Shown here in pieces: positions 62,714 through 64,000 of a stretch of DNA of 64,000 bases. Every line of letters begins with the position of its first letter. Position 1 is the first letter of the stretch. The notes beneath the pieces were generated by a model. It was given only the letters and a program-made list of their open reading frames with translations. It was not told where the DNA came from and did no database searches. The translations under genes and the position numbers were made by a program. Source of the stretch: Tubulanus polymorphus (Eukaryota > Animalia > Nemertea). The stretch covers positions 14,515,653-14,579,652 of the forward strand of contig NC_134028.1 of the NCBI RefSeq assembly GCF_964204645.1. The letters are read 5' to 3'.

Positions 62714-63882
62714 CGGTGTTGTCATATCGCGGAAAGACGGAATCGCGGAATTTTCCAAAAACGCGGAATTTTTTCATTTTTACTATAAATAGTAAACGGG
62801 TTTTCCCACGGGGATACCCACTGTCGGACAGGGCACCGGACCCAGGTTTTCAACATCGGGAATTAGTATTTGATAATTTATTATATCGCCAGTCAACAAC
62901 TTAACGATACTGTTACAAATAATGGAGAACCTAGGCAATACCATAGAATGGCAATACGTGCTTTGCGAATTCAGTGATACAGAGTATCGCTGCATTAACT
63001 GAAGGAATACAAATCGATGGTACGTAAACGTAGGATTTGTGATGAATGACACCATGGGTCATTCTCCAGGACTCAGTTCCGAGTTAAGATTTGACTCTGG
63101 TCTCTGGATTTAAAACATTGGAAATGAATTGATTCTAAGTAACTCAGAGTTAACTCACAAAACTGTGGAACTGGATCGATGTCAGATGAAAATAAATATA
63201 CATTATGTATATTTCATTCTGGCTTAGGATTGTTCATGCGTGTTGTGTGTCTACATTGTTGTTAAAAGCGAATGTGGTTTATCTTTTAGAATTAAATGAT
63301 ATGAAAGATTATAAAATGGTTTCGTTTTTTTTAATGTTTACTTTGTGACTGCTATAACACATCTGTTCCTATGCTGATTATTTGGATCAAAAGAATCTTA
63401 TTGGTAGCGGTACTGGACGGCCGTATAATTATAATAATTTCAAAGGAATTTGAACCGGAACTTGTTTGGTCGTAGGATTTCATGTTTGCAACCATCTACA
63501 ACTACAGTCCGACACCGCGAACGTGCTCAATATTTATCTGATAATATTCGTTTCTGAAGTTCTCAAAAAGTCGATGAACTTCGATAACGAAGTTTGCCTA
63601 GTAGAAATAGACATTACGTGGCTGGTCTCTTTCACCCCACTTGATTCTGACTTCTTCTACAGGTGGCAGCCAGTCAACGGTATCGTAATATAATAATTCC
63701 ATATAAAATTGCCTGCAAATAATGGGATTCGAACCTAACTCGTTGCATTGATCGGTCCGGTGCCCTGTCCGACAGTGGGTATCCCCGTGGGAAAACCCGT
63801 TTACTATTTAAAGTAAAAATGAAGAAATTCCGCGTTTTTGGAAAATTCCGCAATTCCGTCTTTCTGCGATATGACAACACCG
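62714..63882. mobile_element. Non-autonomous Mutator-like (MULE) element
   Basis: ~130-bp TIRs (cggtgttgtcatatcgc...) and a perfect 9-bp TSD gtatggtag (62705-62713 / 63883-63891). Confidence 0.85.
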
Positions 63883-64000
63883 GTATGGTAGTGTATTATA
63901 CCTGAGTGTGAGTGTAACAGTCTATTGATTAACACACAGCAGCAATCAGGCTGACGCGCAGTGGTGTGCGTGAAGGCACACATCGTTATCAAAACAAACT

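Overview
AT-rich, intron-containing animal (probably invertebrate) genomic DNA, mostly transposable elements. (1) About 2.5-14.2 kb is a decayed Polinton/Maverick-like endogenous virus. It carries an HNH-like endonuclease, unknown ORFs, a chromodomain integrase split by a LINE fragment, a packaging ATPase and a protein-primed PolB cut off by a ~60-bp satellite. Two of its genes sit behind the same long palindrome plus upstream block, and most of its ORFs start at TAAA(A)TG. (2) About 16-24.3 kb holds a large TIR-like structure with a 2.2-kb tandem duplication. (3) 28598-35609 is a young, full-length BEL/Pao LTR retrotransposon (matching LTRs, 5-bp TSD, tRNA-Phe PBS, YVDN RT motif) inserted in a tRNA-derived SINE. 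(4) Several nests of Helentron-type non-autonomous elements (HINEs) and DNA transposons follow, including a DDE+YqaJ (ISL2EU-like) relic. (5) Four phase-compatible coding exons of a host sphingosine kinase gene lie at 42378-59756 (+); further exons were not found in the window. All calls are by eye, without database searches, so family assignments and some boundaries are approximate.
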